A stretch of 63,344 nucleotides of DNA, the filler included, from Reticulomyxa filosa (taxonomy: Eukaryota; Protista; Foraminifera): the NCBI GenBank assembly GCA_000512085.1. It is 19 parts of 19 records of this genome, joined end to end, with 100 filler letters (N's around TTAATTAATTAA, not from the genome) between each part and the next. Parts side by side here need not be neighbours in the genome. Positions count along the whole stretch, not along the records: positions 13,638 to 16,394 come from ASPP01025281.1; positions 16,495 to 18,298 come from ASPP01025870.1; positions 18,399 to 24,539 come from ASPP01006674.1; positions 24,640 to 26,060 come from ASPP01002342.1; 15 more parts are not named here. The stretch is one strand, 5' to 3'. How positions within the stretch are numbered: position 1 is the stretch's first letter; every line of letters begins with the position of its first letter. This document shows, in pieces, positions 13,638-26,160 of the stretch. The translations under genes were made by a program, and so were the position numbers. The notes beneath the pieces are model-generated. The model was not told the origin of the DNA and did no database searches. It saw only the letters and a list, made by a program, of their open reading frames with translations.

Positions 13638-15175
13638 TTTTAAAGACAAAATAAAAAAATTGAAAGACCATTTGGATAAATCATGCAATTTGATTTCAAT
13701 CAATCGAAATGTTTCATTCGAGATACAAAAACAATTCAATGTAATGAATGAACAAATTAAACGATTGCAACAAGATTTACAGTTGAATCAAACTATGATC
13801 AAAGAGCTGCGATCACAAATACAAACGGAAAAATCACAAACAGTTTTGTCATTATCATTTTATTTTACTTTTTATTGATAATCGAAGATCAATGGTGCAA
13901 ACATAAAAAAAAAAGGAAGAATTCAAAGAAAAGCATTTGGAAAGTAAGCGACAATTTGAAAGACTTGAAAAAAGTAACAATGAAAAAAGCAGACAAATTG
14001 AACAACTCAATGTAAACAACCATATTTTTAAATATTGTAATTTTGTTTCTGACATAAAGCTCTTGTATATATATGCATACAATGTCATTGCTTGCATTGT
14101 TACGATAAAGTACATACATAACTAATAACAGGAACAAGTGAATAATGTAAAACATGAATCGCTGAAGAAAGATCAACAAATAATGGAATTGACAAAAAAT
14201 ATCCAAGAATTGCAATCAGAAATGAACCAAAATAAGATTGAATTCAAAAAACAACTTGAACAATCCCAACACAAACAAGTCATCCAAAATAATTTGGACA
14301 ATCAAAGGCAATATATCAGCCAACTTCAAAGTCAAACCGATGTACAAAATGAAGAAGGAAAGCGCGAGGAAAAGAATATGACAAAGTATGAACGCAATGT
14401 CACCTGTCAAAATATGTTGGCCGTCGTTCGCTCTCCTTGTTTAAATAATGGAGTCGATTTCTTGTTGGTGAATGAAAATAAAAAAGTCATAACATTGAAA
14501 AATAAACAATGGAATATATACAATTTTGGAGTTTATTTGCTCGGAAGAAATATTACATTGACTGTACCTATGGAATACCAAACCGTTGATTCACAAAGAG
14601 CGCGATTCAAAGATCTTGGACATCTTTGTATTAAGACCAGTCATTTGTGGATCAAAGATGTTTCATCAAACATTGATTGCTCAAGACTTGGACATGAGCC
14701 TGGTGAAGGTGGTGAAAATGACGGAGAAGAGACTTTGTTGAAGGAAATTCATTGCGGAAGTGGAAGTGAAGCAAAAGGTGATAGAAGTCAAGCAAGAGAT
14801 GGTAGAAGTCAAGCAAGAGATGGTAGAAGTGAAGCAGAGTGGTGGAAGTGGGCAAGAGGTGGTGGAATAATTGAACTGATAGTTGAACAACAATTGATCA
14901 ATAATGGCTCTATTCGATCCAATGCAGGCAATAGAAGGAATTGTAATGGAAGTGGAGGATCGATATTGATAGAATTGCAATGCCATTCTCAATCACAATC
15001 CAATGATCTGCAGCAAACTGTTGGAACTGTCACATGCCTTGGAGCTGATCAAAGCGACTCCAACTGTATCGGAAATAGAAGTAAGGATGGCAGAATCGCG
15101 ATTTATGGTATTGAGTTATCAGCAGATGACATTAAAAAGATTGCTCCAAAGCCTTTCAACAGATTGCAAAGATAG
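13638..15175 (+). CDS. Coiled-coil protein with C-terminal Gly-rich beta domain (expanded host family); end of a TRAF-type Zn finger at the contig start
   Basis: LKDHLDKSC, then Q/E/K coiled-coil exons, then GGGIIELIVEQQLINNGSIRSNAG..GSGGSILIEL..GRIAIYG. Confidence 0.7.
14760..14868 (+). repeat. About 5 degenerate 21-bp coding tandem repeats (GATGGTAGAAGTCAAGCAAGA)
   Basis: Encodes GSEAKGD/RSQARDG/RSQARDG/RSEAEWW/KWARGGG. Confidence 0.8.
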
Positions 15176-15444
15176 ATTTTTTTTTAAAAAAAAATTATAG
15201 CTAAATGTTGTTTATTGGCGCTACTTTTAAAAATGTTCTCCAACAATCAGCATTTCAATTTATTTTTTTTTGCGTTGATAATCTACTTGACAAAAAGCTG
15301 TTTTTCTTTACGCAGTTGAATTTCAATATGAATTGACCTGTTACGCGTTTTACGAAAGATTACTTTTTAAAGCAAAAATGACATTTAGAAAATGTATCAA
15401 TTAACATTTGTTAAAAAGACGTGAAAAGAAGGATGAATAATACA

Positions 15445-16326
15445 TTATTCCGTGGGTGAATCGTCAACTTTTTGTTTTTTGGAAGGTCTTTCAAGATTGT
15501 CATCGGTCTGTACTTGATCAAGACTTCTCTTTTTGCCAATGACGGGTTCCAGCTGGATCTGTGTTTGTGTCGATGGCTGTGATTGTGTCTGCGTTTGCGT
15601 CTGTGTTGACGTTTGTGAAGCAGAAGTAGAAGTAGAAGTAGAAGCATGTTGAGTTTGAGTTTGAGTTTGAGTTTGAGGAGTAGCCAAAAGCTCAAAGACA
15701 TAGGGCCGCACACTGTCTTTGTTGGTATTGGCATAAGCGAGCAAAGGCTCTCGGAGATCGGCCTTTTTGACCAAGACGTCTTGGAGCTGCGGCTTGCCCA
15801 GTTTCAAGAGCACGTGACAACTGTGAGGTTGTGTCAAATGGGCGCATCGAATGAAGCCTTCCCACAAAGACTTGTTTTCCCACACGCGTTTGGAGATGAG
15901 TCGCGACAGGACATTCATGGCAAAGCCGACCAAGTCTTTGTATAAATGCAAGGCCTGCAAGAGCGTGCGCATGAAGAGGACGGGGATGGGATCTTTATCC
16001 ACCAGTTGCGACAGCACGGTGGCCAGTTTCTCTTTGTTGTACACGCTGCCCTGGGCGAGGCAGTAGTTGGTGACGGTGAGAGCCTTGTGAATCAGAGGAT
16101 GGTTGACGTCGGGAGCGAGGCATTGGATGCTGACGAGGAACAGAGCGGGTTCGATGGGGATGGGCTTGCGTGTCAGAATCGATTTGATGGCCTGTTTGCA
16201 TTGCGTGGCGTCCAGTTGTTCTAGTAGTGCAGGTAGCATTTGCAGAATCAGTTCGCGAGGCAGATACGAAATCACAGGCACCAGAGGCAGTACTTGTTTT
16301 TGCGAGCAAAGTATTGGGATAGACAA
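15445..16326 (-). CDS. SYMPK: Symplekin C-terminal region (3'-end processing scaffold), 5' incomplete
   Basis: PIPVLFMRTLLQALHLY..LSRLISKRVW..LWEGFIRCAHLTQPHS..LLKLGKPQL; TQ-repeat tail and basic NLS-like end. Confidence 0.9.
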   Translation of the reverse strand: MSIPILCSQKQVLPLVPVISYLPRELILQMLPALLEQLDATQCKQAIKSILTRKPIPIEPALFLVSIQCLAPDVNHPLIHKALTVTNYCLAQGSVYNKEKLATVLSQLVDKDPIPVLFMRTLLQALHLYKDLVGFAMNVLSRLISKRVWENKSLWEGFIRCAHLTQPHSCHVLLKLGKPQLQDVLVKKADLREPLLAYANTNKDSVRPYVFELLATPQTQTQTQTQHASTSTSTSASQTSTQTQTQTQSQPSTQTQIQLEPVIGKKRSLDQVQTDDNLERPSKKQKVDDSPTE

Positions 16327-16358
16327 GTGAGTAAAGAGGAGGAATTACAACATTATCA

Positions 16359-16394
<36 letters not shown>

Positions 16395-16579
16395 NNNNNN
16401 NNNNNNNNNNNNNNNNNNNNNNNNNNNNNNNNNNNNNNTTAATTAATTAANNNNNNNNNNNNNNNNNNNNNNNNNNNNNNNNNNNNNNNNNNNNAAAACC
16501 AAAAAAAAAAAAAAAAAAAAAATGAAAATAAAAAATCTTCTTTACCTCCCTTCCCTCTCCCCTTTTTTTTTTTAGTTCA

Positions 16580-17549
16580 CAGGGATGAATGGAAGCAGTG
16601 GCATCCCCAATTTTCCTTCGAAAAAATGTCGCAAAGATTCCCCGTTGTCAACTTCGCTGTGTCGAAAAAAAAAAGAGGTAACCACTAAAGAGAGACATTG
16701 TTATTTTGTTGTGTGTTTTGTGATTATTGATTTTTGTTTGTTTATTTGTTTAAAAAAAAAAAATAATAATAATAATCAATCAATCAACCAATCAATCAAT
16801 CAACCAATCAAACAACATCTCCTCCTCCTCTTTTCTCAGCAATCGGTGGAAAACTTGACAATATACTTTCAAGAGCTCAGTCGCATCTACGCCGAATGCA
16901 ATCATCAATTGCCTTCCATTCGTGCCATCATGAAACAATTCAAAATCGGTTTTCCCAAGGCCAAACATATTCTCACGGCTTGGGCAAGACGATTTTTGGG
17001 AAAATCAGTTTTTTTTAAAATTACTTAATTTTTTTTAAATAAACAAATAAATAAATAAATAAATAATAATAAAAAAGGATACGTGTTGTATGACAAAAAA
17101 AAAAAAAAAAAAACCAATCTGAAAGTATTTAGAATTGAAGGACATAATGACGCTACGACAAGAGTACAAGATAAACGAGATGGACACAGACCCATCGGGG
17201 GATTCCAGTTCGCTAAAGACGAAAAGCGACGAAAATGACGGAGTGGTCGCCTCGCAAGATGCGTGGATGACGCCACTGTCCAACTCTTTGTCCGAAGGCA
17301 CGATGCCGGCCCCCTTGCCGCCGGCCTTGTGGACCAATACATTGCAGCCTTCCGTCAGTGCAACTACAACTTCGAGTATAAGTACAAATACAAATACAAA
17401 TACAAATACAAATACAAATTCAAATTCAAATTCAAATTCAAATTCAAGTGCATCTTCTGTGATGGATACGTTGCTATCGGTGGACACGGCAATAGTAAAG
17501 ACAGAAGAGACCCACCAGCAACCAAAGAACAACAATGACAATGACAATG

Positions 17550-17589
<40 letters not shown>

Positions 17590-18250
17590 TAATAATAATA
17601 ATACACCCTTGATGACACCGGAAAGTCAGTTTGCGATGACAACTCAAAGTGAGACGAACAGGACACACGACCACGACCACGACGGAACACAAGAACAGCC
17701 ATGTGATGACGACATGCTCGTCGCCGCTTCTTTGGAATTGCAGCCGACGCAACAGCACGCGGACGTGTGTACCGTCGATGTCGCAAATGCACACAGCGAG
17801 CTTGCCCACGAGGATGGCCTCACATCGATAAATAGCGAGGGATTTGTGATTACTTCAGTTTCTATTTTTTTTTTTTTTTTAATATACATATGCATATACA
17901 TTATTTACATATACATTATTACATTATTACATATAACGCATTTTAATTTACAAAAAAAAATAGCAAAACATTAGAAATGTGCACGTTTGAATAGTCTGAG
18001 CTTTTGAGAGAATTGTATTCAAAGAACAAAAAAGCAAGCGAGTACTTGAAGCCACGCAACGACGAGGCGTTCAAGCATTTGATAGGAATGGAAAGCGACA
18101 GCAAAGGAGAAGAGGCCGAGCATTTGCGCAAGTTTATGCACATCACAGTCGAAACCGAGCAATACATTCGAGCTTTGGAATTGTTTCACTCGCAACACGT
18201 GACATCTGAAGATTGCACTCATTTGTTTTACGCTGCTTATTTCATTGGTT
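16580..18250 (+). CDS. Hypothetical multi-exon protein with a short winged-HTH-like exon and Asn/Thr-rich low complexity
   Basis: Exon about 16840-17000 LPSIRAIMKQFKIGFPKAKHIL; exons about 17133-17857 and about 17975-18247. Confidence 0.5.
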
Positions 18251-18254
18251 CATT

Positions 18255-18285
<31 letters not shown>

Positions 18286-18554
18286 TTTTTTTTTTTTTNN
18301 NNNNNNNNNNNNNNNNNNNNNNNNNNNNNNNNNNNNNNNNNNTTAATTAATTAANNNNNNNNNNNNNNNNNNNNNNNNNNNNNNNNNNNNNNNNNNNNAT
18401 GTATATATATGTACATATATGTATATATAATATATATATATATATTATATATATATATATATTATATATGTATGTATGTATATATATCTTATATACTATA
18501 TACACATATATACATATATATATACATATATATGTTTGTCATTTTAATGATAAA

Positions 18555-19440
18555 GACCGTATGCGCTTGGACCAGCGACGGAAAACGACTGGGCGAATTT
18601 GAAAAGATACACACCGATCGACAGGGCAGGTGTGCGTTCCATCCGATGGGCGACTATCTTGCGACGACGGGATGGGACCGCTTGTGGTGCTTATACGACT
18701 TGGACAAACGCAAGTGCGTGCTGACGCAAGAGGGACATAGTGAGCGCGTGCACTCGGTGGCGTTCCATCCCGACGGGTCGCTGATCGCCACTGGGGACTT
18801 GGGCGGCGTTGGACGCGTGTGGGACTGTCGCAGCGGACGCGCGATCATGGGCTTGGACAGTCATGTCAAGGGCGTGCTGGATATCGACTTTTCACCCAAT
18901 GGCTTTGTCGTGGCGACGGCAGGAGAGGACCACAGCGTCAAGCTTTGGGACATTCGCAAAAAAAGGGATCACACACTCAGCGCTCATTTAAACACCGTCA
19001 CGTGCGTGCGCTTCGAGCCGCAGAAGGGAGACTGGTTCGTCAGCGGCTCCTTCGATAAATGTCTCAAACTTTGGAGCTATCACAACTACGTCAATTGCAA
19101 CGAACTCATCGGACACGAGTCACGTATCAGTGATGTCGACGTCTCGCCGGATGGACATTTCATTGTGTCTTGCGGTCATGACCAGACTTGGAAGTTGTGG
19201 AGCACCGACAAATACATGTTCGAGTCCAGGAATGCTCCTCTCAAATCCATCTCCGATGTTGTCATCAAACAAGAACATGTCGACGATCATTCCCCCATCA
19301 AATCTGAAACCCCTCTTCTCTCTTCTCATGATCGCACTATGATCGATGTCGCCAACAATAACAATGGCAATAATAACAGTGCTTCCAATACGAACACGCG
19401 AGTCACCATGGATATTGATAACGATGGACATAAAGAGTAA
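18555..19440 (+). CDS. PRPF4: U4/U6 snRNP WD40 protein PRP4-like, C-terminal exon
   Basis: AFHPMGDYLATTGWD, LTQEGHS..VAFHPDGSL, RVWDCRSGR, FSPNG..ATAGEDHSVKLWDIRK, LIGHESRI. Confidence 0.88.
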
Positions 19441-19900
19441 AGCGAATGGTCAACATTTACAAAATCTGACCCCTCCCTATTTCTTTTTTTTACAATGTTC
19501 TATCGTAAAACAAAATTCCCTAATCGTCAACACGCTGACAGTTTTTTTTTTCCTCCTTCGCATTTCAGTGCAAAAGTAATACTAATCATAATATCCTCCA
19601 CTGCTACTCACTACATCTCAAATTTCGCCAACTGCGATATAACAGTCAATATCTCATTTTTTGCAATCACGACATTGCCCTGATCTTTTTAAAAATTGCA
19701 AAGAGTTGAAAGTAAGGAACTGACACACTTTAAAAATTTCAATTCATAATATAAAAAAAAAAGGCCAAAACAAAAATTAAAATATCAGTCCAAAAGTTAG
19801 TGATATATCAGCTCTTGCTGAGAATACAAATTTTTAAAAGTGTTTACTACTCTTATTTTTTTTTTGTCCTCTTCTCACTTTTCAAAGCTTCCACGCTTTT

Positions 19901-20435
19901 CTAAAATGTTTTATGAGCGTATCCCCAGTTTTGTGCGCCAGGATCTAGGATTATATTTGTGATCATCAAAGCCAGTACAATTTCCTTGTATGATAACGCC
20001 AATGGCAAGAGCCACAAAAAAAATACAAACGTACCTGAAAACACTAAGTAGTAACTCTCTGGTTTTACACCAAAGAATTTGTTCAAGTGCTCGCCAACTG
20101 TTTTAGACACTTGATTTTGCAAGGAATCCTTTTCCTTGTTGTCGGCTTTAAGCCCCAGAGTTTGATACGAGCACCAAGCCACTTTTTGGTCGGTTTTACC
20201 ACCAAAGCCAATAACAGCATGAGATACGCTGACCATTATCCACTTCACGTGTTTTTTTAGCAAAAAAAAAATGTAAACGTGTTTTCTTGCAACAATACGC
20301 AATGTAGCCAACTTAAACTTTTGATGGTTTGCCTGCGATTTTTTCCAAGACCTCGGTGATTGCCGTGACGAATTTGGGTCCAACTTCGTCGATTTCCTTT
20401 TGCTCTACGTTAATACGAACGTCTAAGCAAGGCAT
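19901..20435 (-). CDS. MIF: Macrophage migration inhibitory factor / tautomerase family protein (3 exons)
   Basis: ATG 20433-20435 gives MPCLDVRINV..LEKIAGKPSK|WIMVSV..FGGK..YYLVFS|DPGAQNWGYAHKTF; Pro after Met, GKP and NWG motifs; two GT-AG introns. Confidence 0.88.
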
Positions 20436-21571
20436 TTATTAATCAGATAAAGCAAGGATCAGATACAAAATTTTTTTAGGGGCTGCCACAACTAAACCAC
20501 AGTGCGTTTTTCAGCTAACAAAAACAACACATGATATCAATCCTTTTAGCTACTCATATGTGTCAGTTTTCTTTTTAATTTTCGTTTTATACACATATAT
20601 CAAGATATCGCTAGATATCATAAAAAAAGCAAACGATTTTATTTATAAAAAAAATTCGCGTTCATTAAGAACGCACAAGCATTAGCAAGAGTAGTCAACA
20701 ACATCAACATACATGACTGCCATATTTTAGAAAATTGGCTGCTTCATAGTAACAGCATTTTTTCAAACTATTAATCTTGAAAGATAAAATTGTCAATACA
20801 AGACATCTTTCTTTAGAATAATTAAATGCGTATACCTTATGGAATACAAAACCGGCATATTATCGAATGATCCACTACAAACTAGGTTTGCGTGCAGAAA
20901 AAAAAAGCTGTTTCGTCCGTTTCCAAAGTTTATCTTTAAACAAATCTGAGTAAAAAAAGCGCACGCAGGTTATTTCTTATGTCAGTTGACTCTAATTTAT
21001 AGATATTTGTAGTATTTAGCGTGACTTTGATAAAAAAATATCAGCTCAAATTTCCAATTTGTTTGTCTACCATGATTCAATAAACTAACCAACAAAATGG
21101 AGCCACCAAAGCTGACCAAAAAATTTAGAGTTAAGTTTCTCCAAACTAGTCATACTAACCATACAAAAAAACTGTGTGATGCTTCAGAGCAGCAGTTTTT
21201 ACAAATAAATGCTGAGGATATTTTGTTCTTCAACGAATCTTGAAAAAAAGATGGGGAAGTGTTTTTTTCAAAAAAAAAAAAGGCAGTAACATTTCCAAAA
21301 AAAGAACCTTCATCCCTTAGGCTTTAAGATGGATATATATTAAAAGAAAATGGATCAACCAAGTTCAAAGGGGACCCAAAAAAAAAATTGAATAAAGAAA
21401 GGAGTATTGGGAGAAGAAAAAAAAAGGAATGTATTTGAAATAAAATGATTTGATGAAGAATGATAGAATATTTATTTACGGCTTATAAAAAAAGGTCCAA
21501 ATGGAACGAAGGGGGAAGAGAAGGAGAAGGAAGAAGGCAAGGGGATAGAGGAGAAGCACGCAGCAATAGTA

Positions 21572-22412
21572 TCAAAACATGAAGTAAATCATGACCCCCA
21601 AAATGATGATCAAAACGATGATAATACAAATTTTTTTGCTTTCACTGTGATTCATAAGAGCATCCAACTTGTGGGTTAAGTGTGCGATTCTATCGGAAGC
21701 AGTGTCCATTTGCGTAGACACTTCATCCAACATAACATTTTGTTCTTCGATTTCGGCAGTGATATCATGTCCCTTGACGCCCAGCCGCTTCAAAGTTTCC
21801 AACATGTCATCCAAAATCTCATCTTGCTCTTGGCGATGAGCTTGAGTCTGCTGTTGATGAGCGTTGATGATATCTTGTGTTGCAACTCGACTTGCCCGTT
21901 GGTTGGGTGTCTCTTGACTGCGCTCGTGCATTTCCTTTTTATGTTTGTCCAACGTCTGCTTTGTGCGATCACTCAAGATTTTCTGGCGACAATCGTCGAT
22001 CGTTTGCATCATCGACTTCACAAACTCAGTGCGGCGTGCTATTTCCTGCGACGACACACCCAACTGAGGATTCTTTTGTACGTATTCTATCGATTTCTCC
22101 ATCTCTTTCAGTGCCTTCTTTATATCTTTGTACGTTTGCTTCAACTCATTCGTCAAACTCGAAAACTGTGGCGATGCTGCTGTGTTTGTCGTTTCTAACA
22201 TTTCATTCCAGTGATCAAATTTTGCTGTGAAGTCTTGTACTGCGTTTTGGATTTTTCTTTTTTTTTTTTTTTTTTTAGGTGTGAATTGTTTTTATTTCGG
22301 TTTTGAAACAGTTTAAAACTACAGCAACAGTTTTTTACAACCCGTGCACACACCCTTTTGTAATTTGAAATGGATCATCCGCACTGTCCGGTAGAGCAGC
22401 ATAAGAAGACAT
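21572..22412 (-). CDS. STX6: Syntaxin-6/Tlg1-like Qc-SNARE (2 exons)
   Basis: Exon 1 MSSYAALPDSADDPFQITK (DPF motif); EIARRTEFV; SNARE motif EQDEILD..EIEEQNVMLDEV; C-terminal TM helix. Confidence 0.88.
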
Positions 22413-23293
22413 TGGGAAGGTTTGATTTAATCAATTATGTTTTGAAGGGGGGCCAAATCAAAAATCAACGAATGGGTAGGTTACGACAAAAATTTGAAAA
22501 AATTTTTGTTAATCAAAACCCTGTGGTGTTTGCGTCGCGCTTGGAAAGGGCAGTACTTGAAGACACAAAACAATATATTAGGCTATTTCACTTTAGAATA
22601 AGCTTTTAAGTAATTAACCATGTTCCCGTTGAGGGTTTGTGAAAGCAAGTTAAATATTAAAAAATATTGCTTATACGAAGGAAAAAAGTAAACATTCGGT
22701 CGAACTTTGACTTTTCGACGATTTTTACTAAAAGAAGAGCAAAAATCTTGAGACAATAATCTATCCTCAAAGCTGTGCATCAGAGAAAGGGATTTTTTTC
22801 CTCTGTCACATCGCCGTAGATTTGCCATACTACACAACATCACTTTTTTTTCTACGTTTACAATCGCACAAAGAAAAATTTTTACAGTAATATCTTTGGA
22901 TAAGTAACTTAAAAAACAAATTGTGATAGGAAGAGACATATAAGCCGTGATTTGTGTCAAGATAAAAAAAAGAACTGATATCAAAGATCAAGGTTTCTAA
23001 TTAAAAAGAAAATAACAAAGAAAAACCGGAATAAAAAAGCTAAAAGTTTGTTGACGTTTTGGTTTGTGTGTTTGAGGATTTTCGAAAAAAAGAAGAAATG
23101 GATAGTGGGATTATCCAAAAAGGGGGAAAAAAAAGGGGGGGAGGAGAGAGGGAAAGAAAGAAGAAAAATATTTAAACTGTGTAAAAAGTCGATACACAAA
23201 CCAAACACAAACCAAACACAAGCACAAGTACAAGCACAAGCACAAGCACATAGAGACACACAAACAGTCGAAAACAAAACAAAAGACATTCTG

Positions 23294-23886
23294 TTATTCA
23301 ATTCCATAAACCTCTAAACAGAGAATGACAAAGTTGTCAGAAGTGAGTGGTGGACTGGCGAAAGTGGTACACTTGGCAGTTCTGCCGAAATAGAAATCGG
23401 AATCGATATAAAGCGCGGGACACCCACCAGCGCCGATGGTGATGGAGGTCATATCGGAGCGAACAAAGTAGGTGTGTTTTCCGGAGGAGTTGTAGACACA
23501 CAAGTGGTTGCGTTCGTCCCACGTCCAAACGAAGCAGTCGAGGGACCCGCGGTAGTCTTCTGAGCAAACCCAAGGGACGTCCACAAATGCGCCAAAGACG
23601 CGTCCAGCTTTGTCTTTGATTAGCAGCAGCGATTCTTCCACATTTGCGCACTTTTCGTAGAAAGTGTTCATGCTAATCCCGTGTTTTTCCGTGGAGTAGT
23701 AGCGCTTCCACGACCACAGCTTGGTTCGAGTGGGACAGTGGAAGGCCACTTGTTGGAATTGCAAAGAGTCCAGTATATCAGAGTCGCGGTCATGGACTAT
23801 CGGCAAGTCTACACAGCAACAGCCATCCGACGCGACAGCGGTGGATATGGATGTGGCAAGAGTCATTTTCTGTTGGCGTGTGATTG

Positions 23887-23934
<48 letters not shown>

Positions 23935-24502
23935 CATTGCTGCTGAAATCATCATTACAACAAAATACTTGCATGGCTAAAAGTGTATCATCCTTGGATA
24001 CTTTGTGACCGATCCCATTTGCATGGTCGGTATTCAACGACAAGAGGGTTCGCAAGGAATGATTGGATTTACTTCGTTGGCTGGACTTCAACTGCTCGCC
24101 AATGTCTCGCTCTTGCTTAATGACGTGCTTCAACTTTTGCGAATATTCCATCTTTTTGGAACAGAGATCATTGGATAGGTCTTGGAGTACATTGGATTCT
24201 TTGATGTGCTGCTGCAAATGCAATTGGATGTCGTGGATACAATCGATGTGTCGTTGAATCTGCGCATTGATCAGCTCCAACTGCTCTTTCAGACGCGTCT
24301 GCTCGTCCACGTACATTTCAATTGAACGATTCAATGACTCCAGCGTCTGCTGTTGTTGCAGCGTCATTCGTTTCCAACGTGCCATTTCCTCCTCTTGAGA
24401 CACTTTGTCCACGAGAATTCTCCCGAGCAATGTGTGCTTATATTCGAGCTCCCGCTCGCAATGGCGCACCTGTCTGCGCCATTCCATTACTCTATCCATC
24501 AT
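23294..24502 (-). CDS. Coiled-coil + TLDc (OXR1-like) domain protein
   Basis: YSTEKHGISMNTFY, LLLIKD..VFGAF, IGAGG..ALYIDSDF..G.TAKCTTF..PL..F...LEVY. Confidence 0.92.
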
Positions 24503-24639
24503 TTCATTCGCATTTGCATTTGCATTTGCATTTGCATTTNNNNNNNNNNNNNNNNNNNNNNNNNNNNNNNNNNNNNNNNNNNNTTAATTAATTAANNNNN
24601 NNNNNNNNNNNNNNNNNNNNNNNNNNNNNNNNNNNNNNN

Positions 24640-26060
24640 TATCAATCATCTATCAATGTTTGATTTAATATTTATTTTTATATATATTATTATTATACAT
24701 TATTTTTAAATAATAGATGGATGTAGATAATGCGCCAAAAGATTTTAAAGGAGTGATTAAAAAACAAAAATTAATACAACAAGAAATTTATGAAAAATAT
24801 TTGGAAAAGATAAAATTGAAAATAAGCAATTCTAAATTATACAAAATGCATTGAAAATATAACAATCTTTGTGCTATCGAAAGAGATATATTAATCCAAA
24901 AACAACAAAAGAAACAACAAATGATTGCAATCAATCAGATCCAAGAGTTTAATAACAAAGTATTGAAAGGATGTAATGAATTAAATAATAAATTACAAAA
25001 ATTGATGGAAGAAAAGCAGAATTGGATAGAAAAAGAGTGGAGCGAATTAGAAAAGAAATGGAATGAATGGAATTTACAAGAGGTTGCCTTACAAGGCTTT
25101 TATTTATCTTGAAAAAGAAATACATAAAGTGACACTTGCTTTCCTAAGATTAAACAGATAGAAAGAAAAAGTGACAGAGATTATTAGTACAGCTAACAGT
25201 AAAGCAAGTGATTATATACCCTATTTTAAAATTGCTGATAATAATGGTCAGTATATTACCAGCAACAGAGAATTAAGAATTGCATTTAAAACGAAACCTG
25301 TTCTTTTTTTCATTCATTTTATTCAAAGTTTCGTTTATCTTTTTTTATTTTCAATTATTTATTAACAATATAACAACGGATTGATGAAAAAAAAGATAAC
25401 GATAACGATGAAGAAAAATATCCAGAAAATGAAAAAAAAGAAAATGAATTCAACAATATCGTGAAATGTAAAAGTTTAGACACTGAACTTGATAAAGATG
25501 TTTCATGGAATGAAGCAAATAAAAAGCACATGAAATGGTGAGTGAAATGATTAATAATAAACAACAAGGAATTGTTGTTGTTGCAACAAATATCAATCAA
25601 TTATCAAAACTAAATCATCAATTACCTCAATATGATGTCCCTTTCTCAATGATGATTAAGTCAAATCAATACATGAAAAAGAGATTAATATTTGGAGTAT
25701 ATTCTGTTTCTTCATTCCATTCAAAAAAAATTATATTTGATAATATCACAATTGATGGATGTGTTTATGCTGTTGATTGTATTATTGATGGATTTGGAAA
25801 TTATCATATTACTCAACAATTTATTTTTACTAATCCATCTATTTTCGTTGTCATTTCCGTTTTAATATCTTTACTTGTCCTTGGCCTATTGATATAAAAA
25901 ATGTAATGGAATTGGGAGAAAATGCATTAGATATATCAAAAGTGAATGAGGCAAATCAATTATTTCGTTTTGTACTTTGTTTTAAATTGCAAACATTACT
26001 TGATTCTCATAACAGTATTGCGTATCTATTTTTGGTTAGGCAGAGCATATAACTACGAAC
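24640..26060 (+). pseudogene. Decayed member of an expanded host coiled-coil family
   Basis: Broken frames with coiled-coil and WSELEKKWNEWNLQE, then IIFDNITIDGCVYAVDC; several stops and frameshifts. Confidence 0.5.
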
Positions 26061-26160
26061 NNNNNNNNNNNNNNNNNNNNNNNNNNNNNNNNNNNNNNNN
26101 NNNNTTAATTAATTAANNNNNNNNNNNNNNNNNNNNNNNNNNNNNNNNNNNNNNNNNNNN

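Noticed and set aside
14760-14868. CRISPR-like array
   Set aside because: Head-to-tail in-frame coding repeats with no unique spacers and no cas genes.
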